A stretch of DNA of 64,000 bases from Candidatus Omnitrophota bacterium (GTDB lineage: Bacteria > Omnitrophota > Gorgyraeia > Duberdicusellales > Duberdicusellaceae): assembly GCA_016932855.1 (NCBI GenBank), contig JAFGCB010000025.1:118987-182986 (forward strand). The letters run 5' to 3'. Both the position numbers and the translations under genes were made by a program. This document shows positions 19,510 to 29,369 of this stretch, piece by piece; position 1 is the first letter of the stretch; each line of letters opens with the position of its first letter. The notes under the pieces are model-generated. The model had not been told where the DNA came from, made no database searches, and worked only from the letters and a program-made list of their open reading frames with translations.

Positions 19510-22137
19510 ATGGATACCAACAAGTTAAGGAATGAATTCCTTTCTTTTTTTGAGTCCAAGGGTCACAGAATTATCAGGTCGGATTCTTTGGTTCCTAAAG
19601 AGGATCCGACTTTGCTTTTTACTTCCGCCGGAATGAATCAGTTCAAAGATTATTTTTTAGGCAAGAAGAAAGATATAAAACGCGCCGCGAGTTGTCAGAG
19701 GTGTCTGCGTACGGGAGATTTAGACCGGGTGGGAGTTACCCCTTATCATCACACATTTTTTGAAATGCTGGGAAATTTTTCTTTCGGCGATTATTTTAAA
19801 CAGGATTCTATTGTTTGGGCTTGGGAATTCTTGACTAAACGTCTGAATCTAAAAGAAAAAGATCTTTGGGTTTCGGTTTATCAAGATGACGACGAGGCTT
19901 ACGGTATTTGGCAGACGCAGATTCAGGTAGTTCCGGAAAAAATATCGCGATTCGGCCCCCAGGACAATTTTTGGCCGGCTAACGCTTTGCTTGACGGTCC
20001 CAACGGACCTTGCGGGCCGTGTTCCGAGATATTTTTTGATTGGGGCGTCGACAGAGGGTGTCAGAAGCCGGAGTGCAATCCTTCTTGTAGCTGTGGCCGT
20101 TTCGTTGAAATTTGGAATTTAGTGTTTACTCAGTTCAATCGCGTAGGCGTTAATGAGACGCAGCCGCTCCCTTTCAATAACATTGATACTGGCATGGGTC
20201 TTGAGCGGATGAGCTCGGTTTTGCAGGGTAAAGCCAGCAATTTTGAAATCGATATCTTTCAGCCGATAGTAGATCAAGTCAAGGCATTTATGAAAACCAA
20301 AGATTCCCGCTCAGTTCGGGCAATTGCCGACCACGTTAGGGCTGTTGTTTTTGCTATATCGGACGGGGTTTATCCCTCGAACGAGGATCGGGGCTATGTT
20401 ATAAGACGAATCTTGCGCCGGGCGTTATGGTTTGGTTTTAGCTTGGGCCGAAAGAAGCCGTTTTTATACGATTTAGTCGCTGCGGTGTCTGAGACTATGA
20501 AGCAAGCCTATCCGGAAGTCTGCCGCAAGAGCGATATTATTTCTCAGGTTATCCGGGCAGAAGAAGAAAGATTTCTCAATACTTTGGATAAGGGAAAACA
20601 GGTCCTTAGCTCATATATTGCTGAGGCTGTGCAGGATAAAAAAGACCTTATTTCCGCAGAAGAGGTTTTTACGCTTTATGATACATACGGATTTCCCTAC
20701 GAACTTACGGAAAGCATCCTAAAGCAGAAGGGGTTAAAAAGCGATTTTGCTGGCTTTGAGGAATTGCTGGAAAAACAGCGTAAATCTTCGCGTCAACGGA
20801 GCAAGTTTCAGGAAGGAGTGTTTACCAGCGACGCATTCTTAAATCGGCGTTGTGAATTTATAGGGTATGACATAAGCGGGCAGGAAATAAGTGTAAAGGT
20901 TAAAGATGTACTTAGCTTTGGCGACGAAACAAAGCGTGGCCTTGTTTTGGATAAAACACCGTTTTATTTTACTTCCGGCGGCCAGCTTAGCGATAAGGGA
21001 ATTATAAGGAATGCGGTCGGGGAAAACTCTTTTATTTTCCAGGTAGAGGACGTGGATAAAATCGGAGATTGCCTGGTACATAAAGGAGTATTTATTTCAG
21101 GCGACTTGGCTGACGCCGTTGACACCGACTTAAAGGCTGTGGCTATTGTTGATATGGCGCGGCGCAGGGCCTTGGCCCGGGCTCACACTTCAACCCATCT
21201 TTTGCAGGCCGCTTTACGTAAAGTCTTAGGCGCTCATGTGCAACAGCAGGGTTCTTTAGTTGACGAGGATTATTTTAGATTTGATTTTACTCATTTCAAA
21301 GGCTTAAGCCAAGAGGAGATTATCGTAGTTGAAAAAGAGGTAAACAGCTATATATTGGACGATTTCCCGGTTGAGAAGGTAATCCTGTCGCTTGCGGAAG
21401 CAAAAAAGCAAGGGGCCCTTGCTTTTTTTGAAGAAAAATACGAGGAGCAGGTCAGGGTCGTAAAAATATCCTCGGTAAGTAAAGAACTTTGCGGCGGCAT
21501 ACACTTGGCGCGCACTTCGCAAGCAGGTTCATTTTTTATTATTTCCGAAAGCTCGATAAGTAGCGGCATAAGACGGGTCGAGGCGGTTACGGGAAAAAAG
21601 GCTTATAGTTTAGCCGCCAAAAAAAATGAAATACTTTTATCGGCTGGCGCAATGCTTAAAACCGCCCCGGAAGGCATACAGAAGTCTCTTAATGCCCTCG
21701 TTGCTAAAAACAAGGAATATTCGAAAACCTTGAATAATTTGCGAAAAAAGATATTCGAAAACAGCGAAGCCCGGGTTCTTCTTAACCAAAAGAGCTGTTT
21801 GGTCAAAGATAAGAAGCTTGTAATTTTTGAATTAAAAGACAGCGACACTGAATTTTTACGGCAATCCCTTGATATTTTACGAAAGAAGGCGAAAGATAAA
21901 ACAATTATTTTGGGTTTTATCCAGGATGCCGATAAATTAACCTTAAATATTTCTTGCACAAAAGATTTGTTGATTGCAGGTTTTTCCTGTAAAATCGTTG
22001 CTTCTGCGATATCAGAAAGATTAGGCGGTTCAGGAGGCGGCAGGGATGATTTCGGATTTGCCGGGGCAAAAGGCTTAAAGAATATATCCGAGGAAAAAAT
22101 TAAAGAGCTGAGTATAGAAATCCTCGGAAATTACTGA
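19510..22137 (+). CDS. alaS: Alanine--tRNA ligase
   Basis: DPTLLFTSAGM, HHTFFEMLGNFSFGDYF, HTSTHLL, ELCGG.H, GGGR. Confidence 0.98.
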   Translation: MDTNKLRNEFLSFFESKGHRIIRSDSLVPKEDPTLLFTSAGMNQFKDYFLGKKKDIKRAASCQRCLRTGDLDRVGVTPYHHTFFEMLGNFSFGDYFKQDSIVWAWEFLTKRLNLKEKDLWVSVYQDDDEAYGIWQTQIQVVPEKISRFGPQDNFWPANALLDGPNGPCGPCSEIFFDWGVDRGCQKPECNPSCSCGRFVEIWNLVFTQFNRVGVNETQPLPFNNIDTGMGLERMSSVLQGKASNFEIDIFQPIVDQVKAFMKTKDSRSVRAIADHVRAVVFAISDGVYPSNEDRGYVIRRILRRALWFGFSLGRKKPFLYDLVAAVSETMKQAYPEVCRKSDIISQVIRAEEERFLNTLDKGKQVLSSYIAEAVQDKKDLISAEEVFTLYDTYGFPYELTESILKQKGLKSDFAGFEELLEKQRKSSRQRSKFQEGVFTSDAFLNRRCEFIGYDISGQEISVKVKDVLSFGDETKRGLVLDKTPFYFTSGGQLSDKGIIRNAVGENSFIFQVEDVDKIGDCLVHKGVFISGDLADAVDTDLKAVAIVDMARRRALARAHTSTHLLQAALRKVLGAHVQQQGSLVDEDYFRFDFTHFKGLSQEEIIVVEKEVNSYILDDFPVEKVILSLAEAKKQGALAFFEEKYEEQVRVVKISSVSKELCGGIHLARTSQAGSFFIISESSISSGIRRVEAVTGKKAYSLAAKKNEILLSAGAMLKTAPEGIQKSLNALVAKNKEYSKTLNNLRKKIFENSEARVLLNQKSCLVKDKKLVIFELKDSDTEFLRQSLDILRKKAKDKTIILGFIQDADKLTLNISCTKDLLIAGFSCKIVASAISERLGGSGGGRDDFGFAGAKGLKNISEEKIKELSIEILGNY

Positions 22138-22141
22138 AGAT

Positions 22142-23365
22142 ATGAAAGTTATAAAAGCTAACTCGAAAAGCTTTCGCAAAATAGTTGACCGCAACGGGAA
22201 CATAAAACGCAGGATTTCCAAAAAAGTCTCAAGAATAATTGATGATATCCGGGTCAAGAAAGACTTGGGACTTATCGAATATACAAAGAAATTTGATAAG
22301 GTTAAATTGCAGCCCCGGGATTTGCAAGTAAGTGAACGGGAAATTAACGCTTCGTTTCAGGATTTGGATTCATCTCTCATATTATCGCTTAAAGCGGTTA
22401 TGGAAAATTTATTCAAATTTTACAGACGGCAGTCACCTAAAAATTTCAAATTCAAGACCGAGGATGGAACGAAAATAGAGGAAAGATATATGCCGCTGGA
22501 ACGCGTGGGAATATATATTCCCGGCGGGCAAGCCCCTTTGGTTTCTTCGGTGTATATGTGCGGGGTCCCCGCTATAGTCGCCGGCGTAAAAGAGATAGTC
22601 GTTGCTTCACCGCCTGATTCCCGGGGTTTTATAAATCCCTATATTTTAGCCACGGCTTCAATTTTGAAAATAAAAGAAGTTTATAAAGTCGGAGGGGCCC
22701 AAGCCATAGCCGGTCTTGCTTTGGGGACGGAAACGATCGCCAAAGTCGACAAGATAGTCGGCCCGGGCAACGAATACGTAACCGAAGCTAAAAGGCAGCT
22801 TTTCGGAGTCGCTGGCATTGATATGCTGGCCGGACCTTCGGAGGTAGTAATTGTTGCCGGAAGAAAAGCCAATCCCGAGTATATTATTAAAGACTTGGAA
22901 GCTCAGACCGAACACAGATCCGGCCTGGGCATTGTCATAACTTTAAGCAAGTCTCTTTTCAAGCAATTAAGAAAAACTAATATTAGGAACGCCTATTTAA
23001 TCTCCGTTAAGAATCTCGAAGAAGCAATTTATCTGGTGAATAAAATCGCCCCCGAGCATTTAGAGGTCATGCTTCGCAGTTCGGCGAAGTTTATTAAAAA
23101 GCTGCGTCATTGTGGAGCGGTATTCTTAGGAGACTACTCCCCGGTATCCCTAGGCGATTATGTTGCCGGACCTAGTCACGTGCTTCCGACCGGCGGAACC
23201 GCCCGCTTTTTTTCCGGGCTGTCGGTATATGATTTTCTCAAGCGTACACATGTTGTTTCCTATTCAAAAAAAGCCCTGGTAAAAGATTTTGAGGCTTTGG
23301 AGAAAGTCGCGAATTTAGAAGGAATGAAAAAACATATCGATAGCGTTAAAATTCGAATAAGCTAG
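22142..23365 (+). CDS. hisD: Histidinol dehydrogenase
   Basis: GIYIPGG, GGAQAI, GPGN.YV, AGPSE, APEHL, GDY.AGPSHVLPT. Confidence 0.96.
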   Translation: MKVIKANSKSFRKIVDRNGNIKRRISKKVSRIIDDIRVKKDLGLIEYTKKFDKVKLQPRDLQVSEREINASFQDLDSSLILSLKAVMENLFKFYRRQSPKNFKFKTEDGTKIEERYMPLERVGIYIPGGQAPLVSSVYMCGVPAIVAGVKEIVVASPPDSRGFINPYILATASILKIKEVYKVGGAQAIAGLALGTETIAKVDKIVGPGNEYVTEAKRQLFGVAGIDMLAGPSEVVIVAGRKANPEYIIKDLEAQTEHRSGLGIVITLSKSLFKQLRKTNIRNAYLISVKNLEEAIYLVNKIAPEHLEVMLRSSAKFIKKLRHCGAVFLGDYSPVSLGDYVAGPSHVLPTGGTARFFSGLSVYDFLKRTHVVSYSKKALVKDFEALEKVANLEGMKKHIDSVKIRIS

Positions 23366-23380
23366 TCAAAAGGAGAAGAC

Positions 23381-23968
23381 ATGAGAAAAGCCGTTATCAA
23401 ACGTAAAACAACGGAAACCGCCATTGATGCCGAGCTTATTATTGAAGGATCTGGTAATTTTAAAATATCTACTCAAATAGCTTTTTTGGATCACATGCTT
23501 TGTTTGCTTTCAAAGCATGGACTTTTTGATTTGAAATTAAAGGCTAAAGGTGATTTAGAGGTAGATTTTCACCATACCAATGAAGACGTGGGCATCGTCT
23601 TAGGTCAAGCCTTAAATAAAGCACTCAAAAGCAAAAAAGGCATACGGAGATTCGGAGCGGCCTTCTCTGTACTAGATGAAGCGCAGGTGCGGGTGGTTGT
23701 CGACATAAGCGGAAGGCCTTATTTAGATATCGCTGTTTTGTCGCCGATAAAATCCCCCAAGGAAGGATATACTTTTAATTATTTTGAGCAATTTTTACGG
23801 GCTTTCGTTCATGCCGCGTCAATTACCCTTCATGTCGATGTGTTAAAAGGCCGGGATTTACATCATATTCTTGAGTGTTGTTTCAAGGCTTTGGGTCTGG
23901 CTTTAGATGAAGCCACATCAATAGATAAGCGAAAGAAAGGATTACCTACCACCAAAGGAAAGCTTTGA
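23381..23968 (+). CDS. hisB: Imidazoleglycerol-phosphate dehydratase
   Basis: FLDHML, HHTNED, HHILE..FK, PTTKG. Confidence 0.96.
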   Translation: MRKAVIKRKTTETAIDAELIIEGSGNFKISTQIAFLDHMLCLLSKHGLFDLKLKAKGDLEVDFHHTNEDVGIVLGQALNKALKSKKGIRRFGAAFSVLDEAQVRVVVDISGRPYLDIAVLSPIKSPKEGYTFNYFEQFLRAFVHAASITLHVDVLKGRDLHHILECCFKALGLALDEATSIDKRKKGLPTTKGKL

Positions 23969-24675
23969 TAGTCATACCGGCAATCGATTTAATGGATAAA
24001 AAGGTGGTTAGGCTTCTTCGCGGCTCGTCTCAGAAAAAAACAATTTATTCTGATGATCCAGTTGAAGTCGCCGGCAGATTTCAAAGCCAGGGGGCTCGAC
24101 TTGTGCATCTGGTGGATCTAGATGCCGCTTTTGGTCAGGGCAATAATTTTGAATCGATAAAAGAAGTTGTTGCCAGCCTCAATATTGATGTTCAAGTCGG
24201 GGGCGGCATAAGGACCCCGGAGTATGCTCATAAACTTATCGATGCGGGAGTAAAAAGGATTGTCGTAAGCACCAAGGCTATCCAAAATAGCCGCTTCTTA
24301 AATCTTCTTTACCAGAGCTTTGCCGATAGGCTTGTTATAAGTCTGGATGTACGAAACGGTAAATTAGCCATAGAAGGATGGCGGCAATCATCTTGCCAGG
24401 AGCCTTTACCTTTTATCCGAGAACAAGAACGCAAGGGTCTTAAATGGCTGGTTTATACGGATATATCCCGCGACGGGACACTTGAAGGGTTAAATTTTAA
24501 GGCAATTAAAGCTTTAAAAGAAGAAACCTCTATAGGAATCATTGCCTCCGGGGGGGTGGCGAGTCTGGAAGATATAAAAAAAGCTAATTCCTTGGGAGTC
24601 TGGGGGGTTATTGTCGGTAAGGCCTTGTATGAAGAAAAATTTACTTTAAAGGAGGCGTTAAAGACTTTATCATGA
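23965..24675 (+). CDS. hisA: ProFAR isomerase
   Basis: IPAIDL, HLVDLD, QVGGGIR, TDISRDGTL.G, IASGG. Confidence 0.95.
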   Translation: MIVIPAIDLMDKKVVRLLRGSSQKKTIYSDDPVEVAGRFQSQGARLVHLVDLDAAFGQGNNFESIKEVVASLNIDVQVGGGIRTPEYAHKLIDAGVKRIVVSTKAIQNSRFLNLLYQSFADRLVISLDVRNGKLAIEGWRQSSCQEPLPFIREQERKGLKWLVYTDISRDGTLEGLNFKAIKALKEETSIGIIASGGVASLEDIKKANSLGVWGVIVGKALYEEKFTLKEALKTLS

Positions 24676-25010
24676 GTAAAAGACTAGGAAAAAATACCCG
24701 GATACCGCGTCTAAAATATGATGAAAAAGGGCTTATACCTGCGATCATTCAGGATTATAAAACTAAACAAGTCTTGATGCTCGCTTACATGAACCGTCAA
24801 TCGTTAAAGATTTCCCTGAAGGAGGCAAGGACTTGCTTTTATTCTCGTTCCCGAAAAGTTTTGTGGAGGAAAGGCTCTACCTCCGGAAATATCCAGAAGA
24901 TAAAAGCTGTTTATTACGACTGCGACAAAGACACCCTTCTTGTAAAGGTTATTCAGAAGGGGGGAGCTTGTCACACCGGCAATAAAACCTGCTTTTACAG
25001 AAAAATTTAG
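24672..25010 (+). CDS. hisI: Phosphoribosyl-AMP cyclohydrolase
   Basis: YSRSR..LWRKG.TSG, DCDKD, ACHTG..TCF. Confidence 0.95.
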   Translation: MSKRLGKNTRIPRLKYDEKGLIPAIIQDYKTKQVLMLAYMNRQSLKISLKEARTCFYSRSRKVLWRKGSTSGNIQKIKAVYYDCDKDTLLVKVIQKGGACHTGNKTCFYRKI

Positions 25011-25013
25011 TTT

Positions 25014-26510
25014 ATGAATATTTCAATTGATTTAAAACCGAGCAGAGAAGAGTTTATTAAAATATCCGGCAGGTTTAATGTGATACCTTTATCAGCAGAG
25101 CTGGGAGATGACTTCATTAGTCCAATCCAGCTCTATTCCAAGCTGAAGGATAAAAGTCACAGTTTTTTATTGGAGTCGGTGGAAGGCGAAGAGAAGATCT
25201 CCCGGTTCTCGTTCGTGGGATTTAATCCTTTATACGTCTTTAAGAGCAAAGCGGATTCAATTGAAATAAACGATTTAACTCTCGGGTCTCGCAAGCATTT
25301 CAAGACTTCACTTGATCCCCTGGAGGAACTTAAGAAACTCATGAGCAGGTTCAAGGTTTTTTCGTCAAAGGATTTGAGGTTTCCCGGGGGATTCGTGGGA
25401 TATCTAGGTTATGACAACATCCGCTTTTTTGAGCCGGTTCTAAATAAAAATTCACGGATTAAAGATGCCGAAAGTATATTTGTGTTTTGCAAATACCTTT
25501 GCGTATTCGACCATAAAGAAAAAAATATCCGTATTATTTCGTTTGTGGTTCTGCCCGAAGATATCAATAAAAATAAGCTTACGTCCGTATATGCGGCAGA
25601 GACGGAAAAGTTAAAAAAAGTCATCCGGTCGTTCTATTCCCATAGCCGTCTTGTACCGATCGGACTGGGACGAAAGACAAAGCTTTTAAGGTATAAATCA
25701 AATATTTCTAAGAAAGATTTTATGGCGCAGGTAATGCGGGCTAAAGAATATATCAAGAAAGGTGACATTATACAAGTTGTTCTCTCTCAGAGACTTGAAG
25801 TAAATTATTCCAGGGATCCTTTTGACATCTACCGCTATTTGCGCATTCTTAATCCTTCGGCCTACATGTACTATATTAATTTTAAAGATGTAAAAATTAT
25901 CGGCGCTTCCCCAGAGATGCTTCTGCGCTGCGAGAATGAAGTCCTGATTACTCGTCCCATAGCCGGAACCCGGCCCAGGAATTCAAACGATCAAAAGGAC
26001 GTTCTCTTAGAGAAAGATTTACTGAAGGACCCCAAAGAAAAAGCCGAGCATATTATGCTCGTGGATTTAGGCCGCAATGATTTAGGCAGAGTTTCCCGTA
26101 AAGGAAAGGTGTCGGTCCCGATATTTATGAAAATCGAAAGATTTTCCCATGTCATGCATATTGTTAGCGAAGTCAGAGGCTTTATGGATAAAAAGAAGGA
26201 TGTTTTTTCCGCTCTCAGATCCTGTTTTCCTGCTGGAACTGTAAGTGGCGCTCCCAAGATAAGAGCGATGCAGATAATTGATGAACTTGAAAAAACCTCC
26301 CGTCGCATCTACGCCGGTTGCGTTGGATATTTTTCGTTTACAGGCAACCTTGATACCGCTATAATTATCCGTACTATTGTCTTGCGGAAAAAGAAAGCCT
26401 ATGTTCAGGCTGGCGCGGGCATAGTTTTAGATTCGAAGCCAGAAAAAGAATATTTCGAAACATTAAATAAAGCTAAGGCGCAATTATTGGCGCTGCAATT
26501 AGCAAGTTGA
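25014..26510 (+). CDS. trpE: Anthranilate synthase component I
   Basis: LLESVEG, NPSAYM, PIAGTRPR, EHIMLVDLGRND, AGTVSGAPK. Confidence 0.88.
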   Translation: MNISIDLKPSREEFIKISGRFNVIPLSAELGDDFISPIQLYSKLKDKSHSFLLESVEGEEKISRFSFVGFNPLYVFKSKADSIEINDLTLGSRKHFKTSLDPLEELKKLMSRFKVFSSKDLRFPGGFVGYLGYDNIRFFEPVLNKNSRIKDAESIFVFCKYLCVFDHKEKNIRIISFVVLPEDINKNKLTSVYAAETEKLKKVIRSFYSHSRLVPIGLGRKTKLLRYKSNISKKDFMAQVMRAKEYIKKGDIIQVVLSQRLEVNYSRDPFDIYRYLRILNPSAYMYYINFKDVKIIGASPEMLLRCENEVLITRPIAGTRPRNSNDQKDVLLEKDLLKDPKEKAEHIMLVDLGRNDLGRVSRKGKVSVPIFMKIERFSHVMHIVSEVRGFMDKKKDVFSALRSCFPAGTVSGAPKIRAMQIIDELEKTSRRIYAGCVGYFSFTGNLDTAIIIRTIVLRKKKAYVQAGAGIVLDSKPEKEYFETLNKAKAQLLALQLAS

Positions 26511-26602
26511 TATAATCCGGTGATTTAGATAAGATATCCTGGACATTAGGTGTCCGCGATATTAATTTCCCGCCGTGGCGGGGTTATTGAGGAGGTATAT
26601 TT

Positions 26603-26866
26603 ATGGCTTTGGTGATTCGTTTAAGAAAACCCGGTAAATCTGTAAAAAGACATTATCATTACAAAATTGTAGTTGATGAAAAACGCAGCAAAAAAGAAGG
26701 CCGATTCTTGGCTCAGGTTGGTTACTATGACCCTTCCAAGAATCCTAAGATTATCCAGGTCGATCTGGATAAATACCAGGAGTGGATTAAAAAAGGAGCC
26801 TTGCCTACGGAGACTGTAAAGGAATTAGCCAAGAAATTCGGAAAATTAAACAAAAAAGGAGAGTAA
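26603..26866 (+). CDS. rpsP: 30S ribosomal protein S16
   Basis: IRL...G, YKIVV, GYYDP, W...GA.PTETV. Confidence 0.92.
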   Translation: MALVIRLRKPGKSVKRHYHYKIVVDEKRSKKEGRFLAQVGYYDPSKNPKIIQVDLDKYQEWIKKGALPTETVKELAKKFGKLNKKGE

Positions 26867-26867
26867 A

Positions 26868-27152
26868 ATGCCGCAAGCACAAGGTCCGGGAATTATAGGA
26901 TTTTTACCCTTAATTTTGATTTTTGTGATTTTTTACGTTCTTATTATTCTACCTCAGCGTAAACAGCAAAAGCAGCATAAGGAAATGATCCAGAATCTTC
27001 AGAAAAATGATGAGGTGGTAACCCTTGGCGGTCTGCACGGGGTCATTGTGAATATTAAAGAAAAAACTTTTTCTTTGCGGGTCGACGACAACACAAAAGT
27101 CGAAATCGATAAGACCGCCGTGTCATATAAGGTATTCAAGGATAAAAAATGA
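26868..27152 (+). CDS. yajC: Preprotein translocase subunit YajC
   Basis: FYVLIILPQRKQQK, DEVVTLGGLHG. Confidence 0.95.
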   Translation: MPQAQGPGIIGFLPLILIFVIFYVLIILPQRKQQKQHKEMIQNLQKNDEVVTLGGLHGVIVNIKEKTFSLRVDDNTKVEIDKTAVSYKVFKDKK

Positions 27153-29305
27153 TGTATAAGAACTTAGGCTTAAAAACCACGCTTGTTCTGGTTGCGCTCA
27201 TATTAAGCATAATATTGGCTTTTCCGCTTAAGGATAAGATAAATTTAGGCTTAGATTTGGAAGGCGGAATGCATCTGGTCTACAAAGTGGATGTATCGCG
27301 TCTTAAAGATAAGACTGACGCTAAGGGGGCCGCGGAAAGAGCCGTTGAGATTATCAGGAACCGTATCGACGAGCTAGGGGTAAAGGAACCGATAATTCAA
27401 CCTCAAGGGGTAGATAGAATATTAATTCAACTTCCGGGCGTGGTGGATAGAGAAAGGGCCTTGAGTATCATCGGAAGAACTGCCCTGCTTGAATTTAAAT
27501 TAGTCGAAGATGACCCCGAGGCCATAACAAAAAATAAAGAGGCTTTGGATTCCGAGCACGAATTTAAAGACTTGGAGGAAAAAAGACTTCTTCTTAAGAA
27601 AGAAGCTTCTTTAACCGGAGGCGCCTTGACCGACGCTCAAGTTGGCTTTGATTCTTTGGGCTTAAGCTATGTCCTGGTAAAATTTAATTCCGAAGGCTCA
27701 AAATCTTTTGCTAAGCTTACTGAGGCAAGCGTAGGCAAAAGACTGGCTATAGTTTTAGACGGAAAAGTCAAATCTGCGCCGGTAATAAGGGAGCCGATAC
27801 TTTCGGGTCAAGCCCAAATTACAGGGAATTTTTCACCCAGTGAAGCCAAAGATTTATCATTGGTGCTTCGTTCAGGCGCTTTGCCCTGCCCTCTTTACAT
27901 TGAAGAGGAGCGCACGGTAGGACCGCTTTTAGGTGCTGATTCCATCAGGCGGGGCATAAGGGCGACTTTTGTCGGAGCCTGTGGGGTTGCTTTGTTTATG
28001 GCTGTTTACTATCTTTTTGCCGGCTTAATAACCGTGCTTGCTTTAGTTTTTAATTTACTGTTGATTTTAGGGGGTTTAAGTCTTTTAGGCAGCACTCTTA
28101 CGCTTCCCGGCATTGCCGGAATCATTCTTACTTTAGGTATGGCGGTTGACGCCAACGTACTTATTTATGAACGGATCCGTGAAGAATTAACTCTTAAGAA
28201 GCCTTTGGGTCTGGCCGTGCGTCTGGGATACGAAAAGGCCTTTAAGACCATTCTTGATTCAAATGTGACCACTTTGATCGCTGCTCTATTTTTGTTTATT
28301 TTCGGGACCGGGCCGATTAAGGGATTCGGGATAACCTTAATTCTGGGGATTGTGGCTTCGATGTTTACGGCTTTAGTGTTTACAAGGGTTATTTTTGAAT
28401 TTCTTTTATCGCGAAGACTCATTAAAAACTTAAAAATGCTGCGCATAGTCAGAGTCCCCAATTTTAATTTTATCGGAAAAATAAAACTCTGCTTGTTTAT
28501 TTCAGTAGCTTTTATAGTTGCCGGGGGTTTTTACTTCGTAAAGGGAGGTGAATCTATATACGGTATAGATTTTACCGGCGGACAGGTTCAGGAGTATAAG
28601 TTTAAACAGGCGGTTAACCTGGAAGAAATTCGGGCTAGTCTGGTGAATCAAGGGGCAGATGACGTGGTTATTTATAATTTCGTTTCCCAAAATACCATTG
28701 CCATAAAAAGCTCCGAAGACAGATATTCTTTGGTTAAAGCCGCCCTTGACCAAAATTACAAAGGTGAATATGAACTCCTCCGGGTGGAGAAAGTAGGGCC
28801 GGTAGTAGGTAAATTATTGCGCCGAAAAGCAATCTTCGCGCTTGTCTTTGCGATTCTAGGCATTCTTTTATATACCACCTTGCGATTTAAGCATTTTGAT
28901 TTCGGAATCGCAGCTGTGGTGGCATTGTTTCATGATGTAATCATTGCGTTTTCCTTTCTTCTATTTTTTTCTTACAAAATAGACCTTCTTATTGTTACCG
29001 CTTTTCTTACCATTGCCGGTTATTCTATTAATGATACTATCGTTGTCTACGACAGGATTCGAGAACTTTCTGTGCAGATGTCGAAAGAAAAATTACCTCA
29101 GATAATAAACGCCGCTTTAAACCGGACGCTTTCCCGGACCTTAATCACTTCTTTGACGACAATACTGGTCGTGGTTTCGCTGTTTATTTTAGGCAGCCAG
29201 AACTTAAAAGGCCTTTCCTTTTGTCTTCTTGTCGGTTTTATCGTCGGGACATATTCTTCGATATACATAGCCTCGCCTCTGGTAATCCTTCTTCGAAAGA
29301 AATAA
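27149..29305 (+). CDS. secDF: Fused SecDF
   Basis: LGLDLEGG, RIDELGV.EP, GMAVDANV; GIDFTGG, GYSINDTIVVYDRIRE. Confidence 0.96.
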   Translation: MMYKNLGLKTTLVLVALILSIILAFPLKDKINLGLDLEGGMHLVYKVDVSRLKDKTDAKGAAERAVEIIRNRIDELGVKEPIIQPQGVDRILIQLPGVVDRERALSIIGRTALLEFKLVEDDPEAITKNKEALDSEHEFKDLEEKRLLLKKEASLTGGALTDAQVGFDSLGLSYVLVKFNSEGSKSFAKLTEASVGKRLAIVLDGKVKSAPVIREPILSGQAQITGNFSPSEAKDLSLVLRSGALPCPLYIEEERTVGPLLGADSIRRGIRATFVGACGVALFMAVYYLFAGLITVLALVFNLLLILGGLSLLGSTLTLPGIAGIILTLGMAVDANVLIYERIREELTLKKPLGLAVRLGYEKAFKTILDSNVTTLIAALFLFIFGTGPIKGFGITLILGIVASMFTALVFTRVIFEFLLSRRLIKNLKMLRIVRVPNFNFIGKIKLCLFISVAFIVAGGFYFVKGGESIYGIDFTGGQVQEYKFKQAVNLEEIRASLVNQGADDVVIYNFVSQNTIAIKSSEDRYSLVKAALDQNYKGEYELLRVEKVGPVVGKLLRRKAIFALVFAILGILLYTTLRFKHFDFGIAAVVALFHDVIIAFSFLLFFSYKIDLLIVTAFLTIAGYSINDTIVVYDRIRELSVQMSKEKLPQIINAALNRTLSRTLITSLTTILVVVSLFILGSQNLKGLSFCLLVGFIVGTYSSIYIASPLVILLRKK

Positions 29306-29369
29306 AGGGGCGCAGAATCTATACTGCATAATCAGAAATTAAAGGTTGTTGAGCTTTTCGCAAAAAGCT

